A DNA stretch of 64,000 nt from Myxococcales bacterium (GCA_031431215.1 JANPCZ010000020.1:13852-77851); one strand, 5' to 3'; numbered from the stretch's first letter, positions 23,207 through 33,338 are shown. Notes: generated from the sequence alone by a model not told the origin. Numbers and translations: made by a program.

Positions 23207-23629
23207 ATGAAGCTGTTCGACGGAACTCTGACACGGGTGGAGCGGTCACTTGACGTGCGGCTGCTACGGCACACGGTGCTGGCCGGCAACGTCGCCAACC
23301 TGGATACGCCCGGCTACAAGCCCAAGGACATCGACTTCGCGAGCGCCATGAGCGCCGTCATGAACGGTGGCGAGATGGCGCGCTCGGACGGTGGCCACCT
23401 GGACGCCGAGGGCAACGCCGCCGGTGGCGCGGCCGGGCAATCCAATCTGCCCGGCCTGCGCGTGATCGAGAGCGGCGGTGCCTCGCCCAGCATCGACGGC
23501 AACGCAGTCGATCTGGATCGCACCATGGCGTCGCTGGCGGAGAACGCCATCCAGTACGGCGCCAGCGCCAAGGCCGCGACCAAGAAGCTGGGCATCCTGC
23601 GCTACGCGATTTCTGAAGGCAACGGCTGA
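23207..23629 (+). CDS. flgB: Flagellar basal-body rod protein FlgB
   Basis: RHTVLAGNVANLDTPGYKPKDIDF..DGNAVDLD; RBS GAGGAG. Confidence 0.93.
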   Translation: MKLFDGTLTRVERSLDVRLLRHTVLAGNVANLDTPGYKPKDIDFASAMSAVMNGGEMARSDGGHLDAEGNAAGGAAGQSNLPGLRVIESGGASPSIDGNAVDLDRTMASLAENAIQYGASAKAATKKLGILRYAISEGNG

Positions 23630-23646
23630 TCGAGAGGACATCGACC

Positions 23647-24069
23647 ATGGATTTTTTCTCGGCACTTCGAATCAGTGGCGGCGGACTCTCGGTCGAGCGC
23701 ACGCGGGTCAACCTTGCGACCTCGAACCTGGCCAACGCGGAGACCACCCGAACCGCGGCGGGCGGCCCATACAAGCGACTCGATCCAATCATCGAGGCGG
23801 TGCCGTTCAACGATCTCCTGCCCGGCTCGCCCAACGCGCCCAGCGCGGCGGTGGTATCGAGCATCGCCGCGGACAACACGCCCGGCCGCCGGGTCTACAG
23901 CCCCGGCCATCCCGACGCGGATCCCGAGGGTTTCGTCACGTTCCCGAACGTGAATCCGATTCACGAGGTGGTCAACCTGATGTCCGCCTCACGGGCCTAC
24001 GAGGCCAACTCGACCGCGGTCGAGACGCTCAAGAGTATGGCTTTGCGCGGGCTCGACATCAGTCGCTGA
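23647..24069 (+). CDS. flgC: Flagellar basal-body rod protein FlgC
   Basis: SNLANAETTR..PY..YSPGHPDAD..G..PNVN..SRAYEAN. Confidence 0.95.
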   Translation: MDFFSALRISGGGLSVERTRVNLATSNLANAETTRTAAGGPYKRLDPIIEAVPFNDLLPGSPNAPSAAVVSSIAADNTPGRRVYSPGHPDADPEGFVTFPNVNPIHEVVNLMSASRAYEANSTAVETLKSMALRGLDISR

Positions 24070-24083
24070 GGAGGATGAACCAC

Positions 24084-24389
24084 ATGCGCATCGACGGCGG
24101 TTCCATCGATCTTCACATCAAAGACACTGGGATCCGCGACATCGCGCCGCCCGCCGACAAGCCTGCGGCGGGCGCGTCGTTTGCGGCCACGCTGGGCGAT
24201 GCGGTGGGCTCGCTCGAAAAGATGCAGACCGCCGCAGATAAGGAAGTCGACGCGGTGGCGATGGGCGGCGGCAACCTGCACGAGATGGCGCTGGCGCTGG
24301 AGAAAGCCGACATCGGCATGCGGCTGGCGATGAAGGTGCGTAACAAACTGGTCGAGGCGTACCAGGAAATCATGCGGATGGGGGTCTGA
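24084..24389 (+). CDS. fliE: Flagellar hook-basal body protein FliE
   Basis: LHEMALALEKADI..VRNKLVEAYQEIMRM. Confidence 0.93.
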   Translation: MRIDGGSIDLHIKDTGIRDIAPPADKPAAGASFAATLGDAVGSLEKMQTAADKEVDAVAMGGGNLHEMALALEKADIGMRLAMKVRNKLVEAYQEIMRMGV

Positions 24390-24392
24390 TAG

Positions 24393-25979
24393 ATGGACCC
24401 GCTCAAGAATCTGGTCGGGGACCTGTCGCAAAAGGTGGCTGGACTGTCGGGCGCGATGCGGTTTCTGGTGTTGGGCGGCGCCGCGGCGGTGGTGGCGGCC
24501 GCGGTGTTCCTCGGTATCAACGGCGCCCCGGGCACCTATCAGTACGCGTTCACCAACCTGACCGCCGAAGACTCGGGCGAGGCGGTCGCGCAACTCAAGG
24601 CGGCTGGCATTCCGTCGCGGGTCGAGGCTGGTGGATCGGCGCTGGCGGTGCCTGCGTCGCAGGTGTACGACGCGCGCCTGTTGCTGGCGGCGTCCGGGCT
24701 GCCGCGCGGCGGTGGCGTCGGCTTCGAGATCTTCGATCGCGGTGATCTGGGCGTCAGTGAGTTCACCCAGCGGGTCAACCTGCGCCGCGCGCTCGAGGGC
24801 GAGCTTTCGCGCACGGTGGGACGGCTGTCGGCGATTCGCTCGGCCCGGGTTCACATCACGTTGCCCGAGAAGGGCCTGTACCGCGACGAGGATCGCAAGG
24901 CGGCGGCGGCGGTGGTGGTGAACCTGCAGCCGGGCCGCGCGCTCGCCGACAAGGAGGTGATGGGGGTGCGCCACCTGGTGGCATCTGCGGTCGCGGGCCT
25001 GGACGCGCAAGCGGTCACCATCGTCGACGGGCACGGCGCGGTGCTGGCGGGCAGCGATTCAGCCGGGGCGCGCGCCGCGACCGAGCAACAGGACATCGAG
25101 CGGGCGCTGGAGGGGCGGGTGTCAGACCTGCTGGGGGCCGCCGTGGGGCAGGGCGCGGTGGTGGCGCGAGTGACCGCGGCGCTCGACGCCTCGGAAATCG
25201 AGACCACTTCCGACGTCTATGATCCCGAGACCACGGCGGTGCGCAGCGAGCGGCGCACCAACGAGGCGACCAGCCAGGACTCGAACGGCCCGGCGGGGCT
25301 GGCCGGCGCGGCCGCCAACCAGCCACTGGCGCCGGCAGCAGGCGGCGGGGCCGGCGCGGGCAAGGGCTCGACCACGCGCGAGGATGAGGTCAAGAACTAC
25401 GAGGTCTCGAAGACCGTCACGCGTTCGGTGACACGCGGGCCGCGCATCAAGCGTCTGAGCGTGGCGGTCCTGGTTGACGGCATCGATGGCAAGCCGCGGT
25501 TGGCCGCCGAATTGGTCAAGCTGGGCGATCTGGCCAAGAGCGCGGTCGGCTTCGATGCGGCTCGTGGCGACAAACTCGAAATATCGAGTGCGCCGTTCTC
25601 GCGGCGCGCTGACACGGGTGACGCCGGCGCAGGGGCTGCGCTCGCCGATCCCCGGATCAAGTACGGCGCGATCGGAGCTGGGGTCCTGGTCGCGCTGGTG
25701 CTGCTGGCGCTGGTACTCAAGCGTGGCAAGAGGTCGGCTACCTCTCAGGCGGTGGCGCTGCTTACGCCGGGCTCGCGCGTGTCCGATCTCGAGGCGGTCA
25801 TGGCTCGCCCGATGGCGGCCCTACCACCCGGCTCGTCGGCGGCCGCGGCGCAGCTTGCCGACCCCAACATGGCAATGCGCGAGCGCGCTCGTGAAATCGC
25901 CACGGCGGATCCGGCGCGCGCGGCGCACATCCTGAAGGCCTGGATCCAGACCGACGGCGACAAGGTGGGGGCGTCGTAA
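24393..25979 (+). CDS. fliF: Flagellar MS-ring protein FliF
   Basis: GLPRGGGVGFEIFD..GVSEF..RALEGELSRT..SARVH..NYEVSKT..RLSVAVLVDG. Confidence 0.95.
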   Translation: MDPLKNLVGDLSQKVAGLSGAMRFLVLGGAAAVVAAAVFLGINGAPGTYQYAFTNLTAEDSGEAVAQLKAAGIPSRVEAGGSALAVPASQVYDARLLLAASGLPRGGGVGFEIFDRGDLGVSEFTQRVNLRRALEGELSRTVGRLSAIRSARVHITLPEKGLYRDEDRKAAAAVVVNLQPGRALADKEVMGVRHLVASAVAGLDAQAVTIVDGHGAVLAGSDSAGARAATEQQDIERALEGRVSDLLGAAVGQGAVVARVTAALDASEIETTSDVYDPETTAVRSERRTNEATSQDSNGPAGLAGAAANQPLAPAAGGGAGAGKGSTTREDEVKNYEVSKTVTRSVTRGPRIKRLSVAVLVDGIDGKPRLAAELVKLGDLAKSAVGFDAARGDKLEISSAPFSRRADTGDAGAGAALADPRIKYGAIGAGVLVALVLLALVLKRGKRSATSQAVALLTPGSRVSDLEAVMARPMAALPPGSSAAAAQLADPNMAMRERAREIATADPARAAHILKAWIQTDGDKVGAS

Positions 25980-25980
25980 C

Positions 25981-27009
25981 ATGGCCGAATCGAACAAGGA
26001 CGGCGTGCCGGTCGAAAAGGCTGGGCCCGGCGCGCGTCGCGCAGCCGCGGTGCTGGTTGGACTGGGTCCGGAACACGCGGCCATCGTCTTCAAGCACCTC
26101 GACGAGGCCACAGTTCGCCGCGTCGCTGTGGGCGCCAAGGATCTGAAGAAGGGGCCGGCCTCGATCCCGGGCGCGCTCACCGACTTCGTTCAGGCGCTGG
26201 ACGCGGTCGGTGGCGATGCGGCCGCGGGCGACAGCCTGCTGCGTGAAGTGGCGACCCTGGTGCTGGGCGCCGACAAGGCACGAAGGGCATTCGACGGCGT
26301 GGTGCCGCCACCTGAAGTCGACGAGATGCTGGGGCCGATAGCCCAGGCCGATCCCGAGGCACTTGCGATGGTGTTGGCGCGCGAGCAGGCGCAGACCGTC
26401 GCGCTGGTGCTGGGCGCCATGGAGCGCGGCCGCGCCGCCGAGGTCATGAAGCGCCTGCCCGAGGCCAACCGTGGGCCCATCCTGTCGCGGCTGGCGACGC
26501 TCGAATCGGTGTCGCCGGATGTGTTGCGCGAGGTCGGACAAGCCCTGGCGATGGAGCTGCGCGCATCGGCGTCGGGTGGCATGCGCCAGTTCGACGGCAA
26601 GGGCGCGGCGGTGGATCTGCTGCGGCGTGCTCCGGTGGCGCAGCAGACCGAGGCGGTGCAGTCGATCGAGAAGGATGATCCCGATCTGGCGGCCGAGCTG
26701 CGCTCGCGGCTGTTCACCTTCGACGACCTCAACAACCTGTCCGACCGCGATGTGCAGACGTTCCTGCGCGAGGTCGATACCGGACGGCTGGCCATCGCTC
26801 TCAAGGGCGCACCGACCGGCGTGCGCGACAAGATCCTGCGCAACATGTCTTCGCGCGGCTCCCAGATGCTTCAGGACGATGTCGCCGCCATGGGACCGAC
26901 CAAGATCGCGGCGGTCGAGGAAGCGCAAGCCGAGCTGGTCAAGATCGCGTTCACCCTGGCCGAACAGGGCCGCATCACGTTGGTCGGACCGGCCGACAAG
27001 ATGGTCTAG
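25981..27009 (+). CDS. fliG: Flagellar motor switch protein FliG
   Basis: AAAVLVGLG..QTVALVL..LFTFDDL..LAIALKG..NMSSR. Confidence 0.95.
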   Translation: MAESNKDGVPVEKAGPGARRAAAVLVGLGPEHAAIVFKHLDEATVRRVAVGAKDLKKGPASIPGALTDFVQALDAVGGDAAAGDSLLREVATLVLGADKARRAFDGVVPPPEVDEMLGPIAQADPEALAMVLAREQAQTVALVLGAMERGRAAEVMKRLPEANRGPILSRLATLESVSPDVLREVGQALAMELRASASGGMRQFDGKGAAVDLLRRAPVAQQTEAVQSIEKDDPDLAAELRSRLFTFDDLNNLSDRDVQTFLREVDTGRLAIALKGAPTGVRDKILRNMSSRGSQMLQDDVAAMGPTKIAAVEEAQAELVKIAFTLAEQGRITLVGPADKMV

Positions 27010-27033
27010 CGGACAGAGGAGGAAGCACACCCC

Positions 27034-27735
27034 ATGGTCAGCGGAACTTCAGCGAAGGACATGGCGACGCGGCGGGTGGCCCGCGAGCCGGCGTTCCTGC
27101 TGGCCAGCGGCCCGCACCGCGAGCCCACGCTGGCAGCGTTTGGTGGCGTGGCGGCGCGTTTCACGGTGCCCGAGCCGCGCGGTGCACGCCCGATGCCCGT
27201 CGGTCGTACGGACGTCGCACCCCAAGATGGATCCGCATCGCTGGATTCTCTGGTGCCGGAATCCGAGGCCGCAGCGTCGGCACGCGAGCAAGCGCTGGCA
27301 GCCGAGTTCGCCGAGCGGATCGCAGCCGCGGTGGGCGCGCTGCGCCTGACTGCCGAGCGGCTGGCCGAGCAGGCGCGCTCCGACGCTCTCGAGGTCGCGC
27401 TGCTGGTCGCGCGCCGGATCGTCGAGGCCGAGCTGGCGGCGGGCATCGAACCGCTGTTCGGCATCATCCGATCGGTGGTGCGGCGGGCAGGCGATAGCCG
27501 CCGCATCGTGGTGCGTCTGTGCCCCGACGACGCCGCCCGGGTCGAGGCCGCGGGGGGCAGCAAGTCGCTGTCGGGGATGGCGGCGGCTCAGATCGAGGTG
27601 CTGGCCGATCCGGCGCTGGTGGCGGGTGATTGCGTGGTCGACGCCGACTTCGGCATGGTCGACGGCAAGCTCGACACGCGCTTCGAAGAACTGCGTCGGA
27701 TTCTCAGGGACGCGGTCGCGGAGGGGCAGCGGTGA
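27034..27735 (+). CDS. fliH: Flagellar export protein FliH
   Basis: Lies between fliG and fliI; C-terminal VRLCPDD..DPALVAGDCVVDADFGMVD. Confidence 0.85.
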   Translation: MVSGTSAKDMATRRVAREPAFLLASGPHREPTLAAFGGVAARFTVPEPRGARPMPVGRTDVAPQDGSASLDSLVPESEAAASAREQALAAEFAERIAAAVGALRLTAERLAEQARSDALEVALLVARRIVEAELAAGIEPLFGIIRSVVRRAGDSRRIVVRLCPDDAARVEAAGGSKSLSGMAAAQIEVLADPALVAGDCVVDADFGMVDGKLDTRFEELRRILRDAVAEGQR

Positions 27736-29084
27736 GCCGCTTCCTCGATCTCACGCGCATCCGCAAGGTGCTGGCCGAGGCCGACACGGTGGTGTTGGCG
27801 GGGCGGGTCACGCGTGCCTCGGGCATCATGATCGAAGCGACGTTGCCGCAGGTGGCGGTGGGCACTGCTTGCGAGATCCGCGCGGCCGGTGGCCGACTGG
27901 TGCCGGCAGAGGTGGTCGGTTTCTCGGGCGCGCGGGCGCTCTTGATGCCGTTCGGCGAGATCAGTGGCATCGGCGAAGGCTGTCCAGTGGTGCCCAAGAG
28001 CACCGCCGCCGAGATCTCGGTTGGCGAGGCGCTGCTGGGGCGCGTGTGCGACGCGGGTCTGCGCCCGCTCGACGGTGGCCCGACACCGGTTCTGCCGGAG
28101 CGGGTGCCGCTCAATGCCCCGCCACCGCCGGCCATGGCGCGCAAGCGCATCAAGGATCCCCTGGTGCTGGGCATTCGCGCACTCGATGCCTGCCTGACTT
28201 GCGGTGAAGGACAGCGACTCGGCATCATGGCCGGCCCCGGCGTTGGCAAGAGCATGCTGCTTGGCATGCTCGCCCGTAGCGCGAGCGCGGACGTGATCGT
28301 GGTTGGCCTGGTGGGCGAGCGCGGCCGCGAGGTGCGTGAATTCGTCGAACGCGATCTGGGCCCGGGCCTGGCGCGCTCGGTGGTCGTGGTGGCCACCGCC
28401 GATGAGCCGCCGCTGGTGCGGGTGCGTGCGGTGATGGCGGCGACCGCGGTGGCGGAATATTTTCGCGCGCGCGGCAAGAAGGTTCTGCTGCTGGTCGACT
28501 CGCTCACCCGCGTTGCGATGGCCCAGCGTGAGATCGGTCTTGCCGCCGGCGAGCCACCGACTTCGCGCGGCTACCCACCGTCGGTGTTCGCGCTGTTGCC
28601 CCGCCTGGTCGAGCGCGCCGGCAACGGCACCGAACTGCAGGGCAGCATCACCGCCATGTACACCATCCTGGTCGAGGGCGACGATCTGGCGGAGCCGGTG
28701 GCGGACGCGGCCCGCGCGGCGCTTGACGGCCACGTCGTTCTGTCACGCAAGTTGGCCAACGGCGGACATTTTCCCGCCATCGACATCCTGGGCAGCATCA
28801 GCCGTGTGATGAACGACGTGGTCGGGCGCGAGCACAAGTTGCTCGCGGCGGAGGCGCGCGAGGTGCTGTCGGTGTACCGCGAGTCAGCTGACCTGGTCGA
28901 GGTCGGCGCCTACGTTGCGGGCACCAATCCTCGCCTCGACCGCGCGCTCGGCAGCGTGCATCGACTGAACGCGTTCTTTCGTCAGGAATTGCACCAGCGC
29001 TACACCCTGGCCGATACGCTGGCCGGCCTGGGCGGGATCCTGACGCCGCCGCCGGCTCAGGGAGGAGCGGACGATCATGCGTGA
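27732..29084 (+). CDS. fliI: Flagellar export ATPase FliI
   Basis: AGPGVGKS, GERGREVREF, DSLTRVAMAQREIG..GEPP..GYPPS. Confidence 0.95.
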   Translation: MSRFLDLTRIRKVLAEADTVVLAGRVTRASGIMIEATLPQVAVGTACEIRAAGGRLVPAEVVGFSGARALLMPFGEISGIGEGCPVVPKSTAAEISVGEALLGRVCDAGLRPLDGGPTPVLPERVPLNAPPPPAMARKRIKDPLVLGIRALDACLTCGEGQRLGIMAGPGVGKSMLLGMLARSASADVIVVGLVGERGREVREFVERDLGPGLARSVVVVATADEPPLVRVRAVMAATAVAEYFRARGKKVLLLVDSLTRVAMAQREIGLAAGEPPTSRGYPPSVFALLPRLVERAGNGTELQGSITAMYTILVEGDDLAEPVADAARAALDGHVVLSRKLANGGHFPAIDILGSISRVMNDVVGREHKLLAAEAREVLSVYRESADLVEVGAYVAGTNPRLDRALGSVHRLNAFFRQELHQRYTLADTLAGLGGILTPPPAQGGADDHA

Positions 29085-30045
29085 CGCCGACAAGTCTTCT
29101 TCGCGCCGTCGGGCCGGGCTGCTCGGCGGCAGTGGTCTTGTGGTTCTGGGCTGGTCGGTGCTGTCGAGCGCAGCCGACAAACCCGCCGACAAGCCTGCGG
29201 CCAAGGTGGAGGTCACGGCCCCGACGCCGCCACGTGCGCCGGTAGCTCCCCTGGCCATTGAACCGCCGCCGATCGAGGGCCCCGCACCGAAACCACCGGA
29301 GCCGCCCAAGCTGCCGGTCGCGCCAGCAGCGCCGGTCGCGTCACCGACCGGTAAGGCTACCGGTAGCCAGGCTCCCGCGGGGCATAGCCCGGGTGAGGCC
29401 AAGCCGGATGCCAAAGTCGCTACGCCGGAGAATCCAAGCGGTGGCAAGGCACCTGCGGCGCACGTTGGCGCGGCACCTGGGATGACCGGAACACCTGCGG
29501 CAACTGCAGCACCAGCAGCGCATGGCGGCGGGCACCACGTTGCCGCCGTGGCGCCTGGCAAGAAGATCGATGATCGTTTGGTGCCGCGCTCGCTGACCAT
29601 AGCGGCCCTGCGCGAGGAGTTGCGGCATCCACCGTCCGAGCAGGAGCGCGCGGCACTGCGCCAGGAACGCGAACGGTTGGAGAAGATTGCCGGCGACGTT
29701 GCGTCCGCGCGCGGCGATCTGAAGAAGGACACCGCTCGCCTGGAGGCGGTGTTGCAGAGGGTGGGCGACGGCGCGGGTCTCGACGGTGCGGGCCAGACAG
29801 CAGGTGCGCCAGCTGCGTCGGCCACCAAGTTGCCGCTCGATCAGCTCGCGAAGGCCATGAAAGGCATGAAAGCGATCGAGGCCGCCAACATTGCGTCGCG
29901 CCTGCCGCGATCGCTTGCCGCCGACATCCTCCAGCGCATGAGCCCGGCGGACGCCGGCAAGGTGATGGGTCAGATGAAGCCGGCCGATGCGGCCGAAGTC
30001 ACGGCCGAGATTGCATCGCGCCAGCCGAAAGGGATCAAACGATGA
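29077..30045 (+). CDS. MotE/FlbB-like flagellar protein (MgtE-N-like C-terminus, Pro/Ala-rich linker)
   Basis: Coiled coil followed by LAKAMKGMKAIEAANI..ILQRMSPADAGKVMGQM; located between fliI and fliK. Confidence 0.75.
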   Translation: MRDADKSSSRRRAGLLGGSGLVVLGWSVLSSAADKPADKPAAKVEVTAPTPPRAPVAPLAIEPPPIEGPAPKPPEPPKLPVAPAAPVASPTGKATGSQAPAGHSPGEAKPDAKVATPENPSGGKAPAAHVGAAPGMTGTPAATAAPAAHGGGHHVAAVAPGKKIDDRLVPRSLTIAALREELRHPPSEQERAALRQERERLEKIAGDVASARGDLKKDTARLEAVLQRVGDGAGLDGAGQTAGAPAASATKLPLDQLAKAMKGMKAIEAANIASRLPRSLAADILQRMSPADAGKVMGQMKPADAAEVTAEIASRQPKGIKR

Positions 30046-33000
30046 AAAGCGCTCGTTCAGGCGGCCTCAGCCGCATCGCGGCTGAAGGCTCGGCAGGAGA
30101 GCGTCGCGCGCAGCGTTCGACGGCGCTGGGGAGTTTTGGCGATTTCATGGGAGCACTCGGCCGTGCATTGGGGATCGCCGGCGATCGCACGGGACCCGCG
30201 ACGACGTCTCGCGCCGACAAGGCCGGCGCGAGGGCGGCCCCGGGCGAAGCTCCGAGCGCTGCGGCCTCGCTCGACGCGCAGCCGATGTCGCGCGGGCGTG
30301 CGCGAGGCGAACGGTCTCTGTCACTCGATGGTCGCCAAGAGGATCCGCAGCGCAAGCCCGACGCCGGTGTGACCGACGCCGTGGTTTCTGCGCTCGTTGG
30401 TGCTCTTGTCTTGCCGCCGCCGCAGCCCTCCGCGCCCGTCGAGGGTAGCAATGTCGAGGCGCGCCCCACGCTTCCGGTCGACGCCGCGCCGTCGTCCTTC
30501 GCGGCCGCAAGAGGGCAAGGTGATGGGGCTCGCTTGCCATCGGTCGTCCGCGACAGGCCCGATGCTCCCGCCAAGGCGCCCATAGCCGTACGCGAGCATT
30601 ACCGCGCGGCTTCCGGCGCGAGCGCTGGCTCTGCGATCGCGGCGCCCGCCGCCCTCCTTTTCAAGCCCACTGTCTCGGCAGAGTCGGCGCCACCGCCCTC
30701 CTTCAAGTCGGCAGAGGGATCGGTTGCGCCAACGATTCGGCAGGGCGAGCAGCAGGTTCCGATCGAGCCTGGCGCCGGTGCCACGCTCGAGAGCGCCGGC
30801 AAGCGCCCCCTGGCCCACGCATCGTATCGGGTCGGCGGCCGTGCGTCCGATGCTGGGGGACAGGCCTTGCTGGGGCCAAAGTGGGTGATGGCAGAGCAGC
30901 ATGACGGGCCCGGGTTGGCATCGGCTGTCCGCGGACGATCGGATACGCTGGCACCCTCGCTTGCGGCGCCCAGCGCCCATCCGCCCACCGTCCCAGGTTC
31001 GAGCAGCGTCGTCGCGATCGGCCCCGCCGCCACCGTTGACCTCACGAGCGCGATCGCAGTGGACGCGGTGTCTGTGGCCCTCACAGAAGCAGGCACATCC
31101 GTTCCGTCGTCTCTGTCCTCGCCACCGACAGTGGCAGCGTTGCGGTCGAGTGTGGCGCCAGCAGGAGGCTCGGTCCCGCTCTTGCCTAGCGAGGGTGACG
31201 GGCCGGCACACGGGGCTCTCCCCGCGCCGCACGGGCAAAGGCTCGCCGCGCTTGCGCTCGATGCTCCACGCTCGGAAGCCGCTTCCGACGGCCAGAGCGA
31301 GAAGTTCCAGTGGCGCGCGCCGTTGAGAACCCCGATCGCGTCGGCTTTTCACGACGCCGTGCCGCCGCCTGCCCAGTCCGGCGATCGCGCCGCGCCGACG
31401 CCCGTGCCTTTCGCTACCGCATCCCATGCCTCAGCCGTGTCTCGGCGTGCGACCGACGTGGACCAGCCGCCATCGGCGCGCTGGACCGCGTCCGCGGTCA
31501 AACCAGTATCCCAGGCCAGCCTGCACGCTCCCGCCGCCGACGTCCGTGCACCGCGTGCGGACGCACCGTTCGCGGTCCCGGCGCTGTCGGCGACCGCTCC
31601 CGATCCCTTGAGCGACGCCGCGCCGTCGTCCGTCGTTCTCGCAAGCGGGCAAGGTGAAGCGCCTACCCTGCTATCGGTCGTGCGCGACAGACCGGATGCG
31701 TTCGCGATGGCGCCGGCACCGGCACCCATAGGCGAGCATCGCCGCGGAATCTTCAGTCTCAGCACCGCAACTGTGATCGGACTCGCTTTACCCGCGGACT
31801 CGACGACGACGCCGTCTCCTGCCCCGGCCGAGGAATCGCTTGCGCCAACCGTCTGGTCCAGCGAGGAACAAATTCCGGACGAGCCCGGCACCGCACCCAG
31901 TTCGAACGGCGTCGTCGACGCAATCGGCGGCGCGGTCAAGGTGAAGGACGGGGAGGTTGGGTCGCGAGGCGTCCACGCAAGGCCGAATGCGCCCGCGCAG
32001 GCGCCCGTGGCCGCAAGCGAGAACCACCGTGCAGTTTCCAACCTGAGCGACACCGGAGTGATCAGGCCCGCCGTGTCCGCGGATTCGCCGGCGCCGCCGT
32101 CCTTCACGGCTTCGCCGGGGGCGCGGGTGGTGATGAAAGGGCAGGACGAGGGGTTAAGGTTGGCATCGGCTGCCCGCGGACGCCCAGATGCGCCGGCACC
32201 CTTGGTCCCGGCGCCGAACGCGCATCCACCCACGGTCCCCAGTTCGAGCAGCGTCGCCGCTGCCGCTGCTGCTGCGGTTGCCTTCACGCGCGCGCCCCTT
32301 GCGGACCCGGCGCCTGCGTCCCCCACAAGGGTAGGCAGACACAGTCCGTCTTCTCTGTCCGCGCCACCGACCGTGTCCGCGTTGCGATCGACTGCCGCGC
32401 CGGCAGCTGGCTCCGCCCCGCACTCGCCCGCCGAGGGTAGGGGCCAGGGTGAGGGGCCTGTCCCAAAGGGAAAGGGGCGAAGCTTCGCCGCGCCCGCGCT
32501 CGATGATCCACGCTCAGAAGCCGCCTCCGACGGTCGGAGCGAGAAGGTCCAACGGCCCGTGGCGCCGCGAAATTCGCTGACGCCGGCGCTTCACGGCGCC
32601 CCGCCCCCGCCCGCCGCGCCCGCGCCGGCCGCGCCCGTATCCCTTGCTTTTGCCCTGTCTCGGCGCTCGATCGACGTGGACGAACCGCAATCTGCGCGAA
32701 GCTCCCCGCCCGCCGTGAAACGCGTATCCGATTCCAGCTTGGACACGCCCACTGTTGGCGCCCGTGCCCCGGTCACCGCCGCGCCGTTCGCGCCACCAGC
32801 ACTGCTGGATCTGGCGTCGCAGGTCAACGTAGCTGTGCCGGTCCCCCTGCAGGCTGCCCCAGAATCTGACCTCGATCCGCTGATCGATGCACTAGGCGCG
32901 GACGTGGCGTTCGCACCCGACGGGCAGGCCCAGATATCGCTGTCGGCGGGGATCGCGGGGAATCTGTCACTGTACCTGCGCGTTCGCGAAGGAGCCGCCG

Positions 33001-33338
33001 AGGTCCGCGTCGACGGCAACGCAGCCGCCTTGCTCGACGGGCGCATTCCCGAGCTACGCGCCGCCCTCGAACACGAAGGCCTCGCTCTCGGCAGCTACGG
33101 TAGCCACGGTAGCTACGGTAGCCACGATAGCCAACCTAGCCACGGCGGCCATGGTGGCCACGGCAACGGCTTCGCCGGCGACGCCACACAAGAGCGCCAC
33201 CGCGAGCGGCCCGAGGCTCAATCCGACAATGGCAGTGGCACGCCCCGTGCAATTCCCCGCGCCGAGCCCACGATGAAAACCCCGCCCGATCAGACGCAGT
33301 CGCCTCGCCAGAAGCGCCGGATTCACGTGACCGCCTGA
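30042..33338 (+). CDS. fliK: Flagellar hook-length control protein FliK, unusually long (1098 aa)
   Basis: Immediately upstream of flgD; low-complexity A/P/S body; C-terminal T3S4-like AQISL..GNLSLYLRV..AEVRV..PELRAALEHEGLAL. Confidence 0.8.
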   Translation: MKSARSGGLSRIAAEGSAGERRAQRSTALGSFGDFMGALGRALGIAGDRTGPATTSRADKAGARAAPGEAPSAAASLDAQPMSRGRARGERSLSLDGRQEDPQRKPDAGVTDAVVSALVGALVLPPPQPSAPVEGSNVEARPTLPVDAAPSSFAAARGQGDGARLPSVVRDRPDAPAKAPIAVREHYRAASGASAGSAIAAPAALLFKPTVSAESAPPPSFKSAEGSVAPTIRQGEQQVPIEPGAGATLESAGKRPLAHASYRVGGRASDAGGQALLGPKWVMAEQHDGPGLASAVRGRSDTLAPSLAAPSAHPPTVPGSSSVVAIGPAATVDLTSAIAVDAVSVALTEAGTSVPSSLSSPPTVAALRSSVAPAGGSVPLLPSEGDGPAHGALPAPHGQRLAALALDAPRSEAASDGQSEKFQWRAPLRTPIASAFHDAVPPPAQSGDRAAPTPVPFATASHASAVSRRATDVDQPPSARWTASAVKPVSQASLHAPAADVRAPRADAPFAVPALSATAPDPLSDAAPSSVVLASGQGEAPTLLSVVRDRPDAFAMAPAPAPIGEHRRGIFSLSTATVIGLALPADSTTTPSPAPAEESLAPTVWSSEEQIPDEPGTAPSSNGVVDAIGGAVKVKDGEVGSRGVHARPNAPAQAPVAASENHRAVSNLSDTGVIRPAVSADSPAPPSFTASPGARVVMKGQDEGLRLASAARGRPDAPAPLVPAPNAHPPTVPSSSSVAAAAAAAVAFTRAPLADPAPASPTRVGRHSPSSLSAPPTVSALRSTAAPAAGSAPHSPAEGRGQGEGPVPKGKGRSFAAPALDDPRSEAASDGRSEKVQRPVAPRNSLTPALHGAPPPPAAPAPAAPVSLAFALSRRSIDVDEPQSARSSPPAVKRVSDSSLDTPTVGARAPVTAAPFAPPALLDLASQVNVAVPVPLQAAPESDLDPLIDALGADVAFAPDGQAQISLSAGIAGNLSLYLRVREGAAEVRVDGNAAALLDGRIPELRAALEHEGLALGSYGSHGSYGSHDSQPSHGGHGGHGNGFAGDATQERHRERPEAQSDNGSGTPRAIPRAEPTMKTPPDQTQSPRQKRRIHVTA
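30480..32805 (+). repeat. Internal tandem duplication in fliK (period 1134 bp, 378 codons)
   Basis: GACGCCGCGCCGTCGTCC at 30480 and 31614; paired motifs SVVRDRPDA, HPPTVP.SSSV, RSEAASDG.SEK, SRR..DVD. Confidence 0.85.

Noticed and set aside
24393-29084. Non-flagellar injectisome T3SS
   Set aside because: Rod, hook, FliG and MotAB genes are present, so the system is flagellar.
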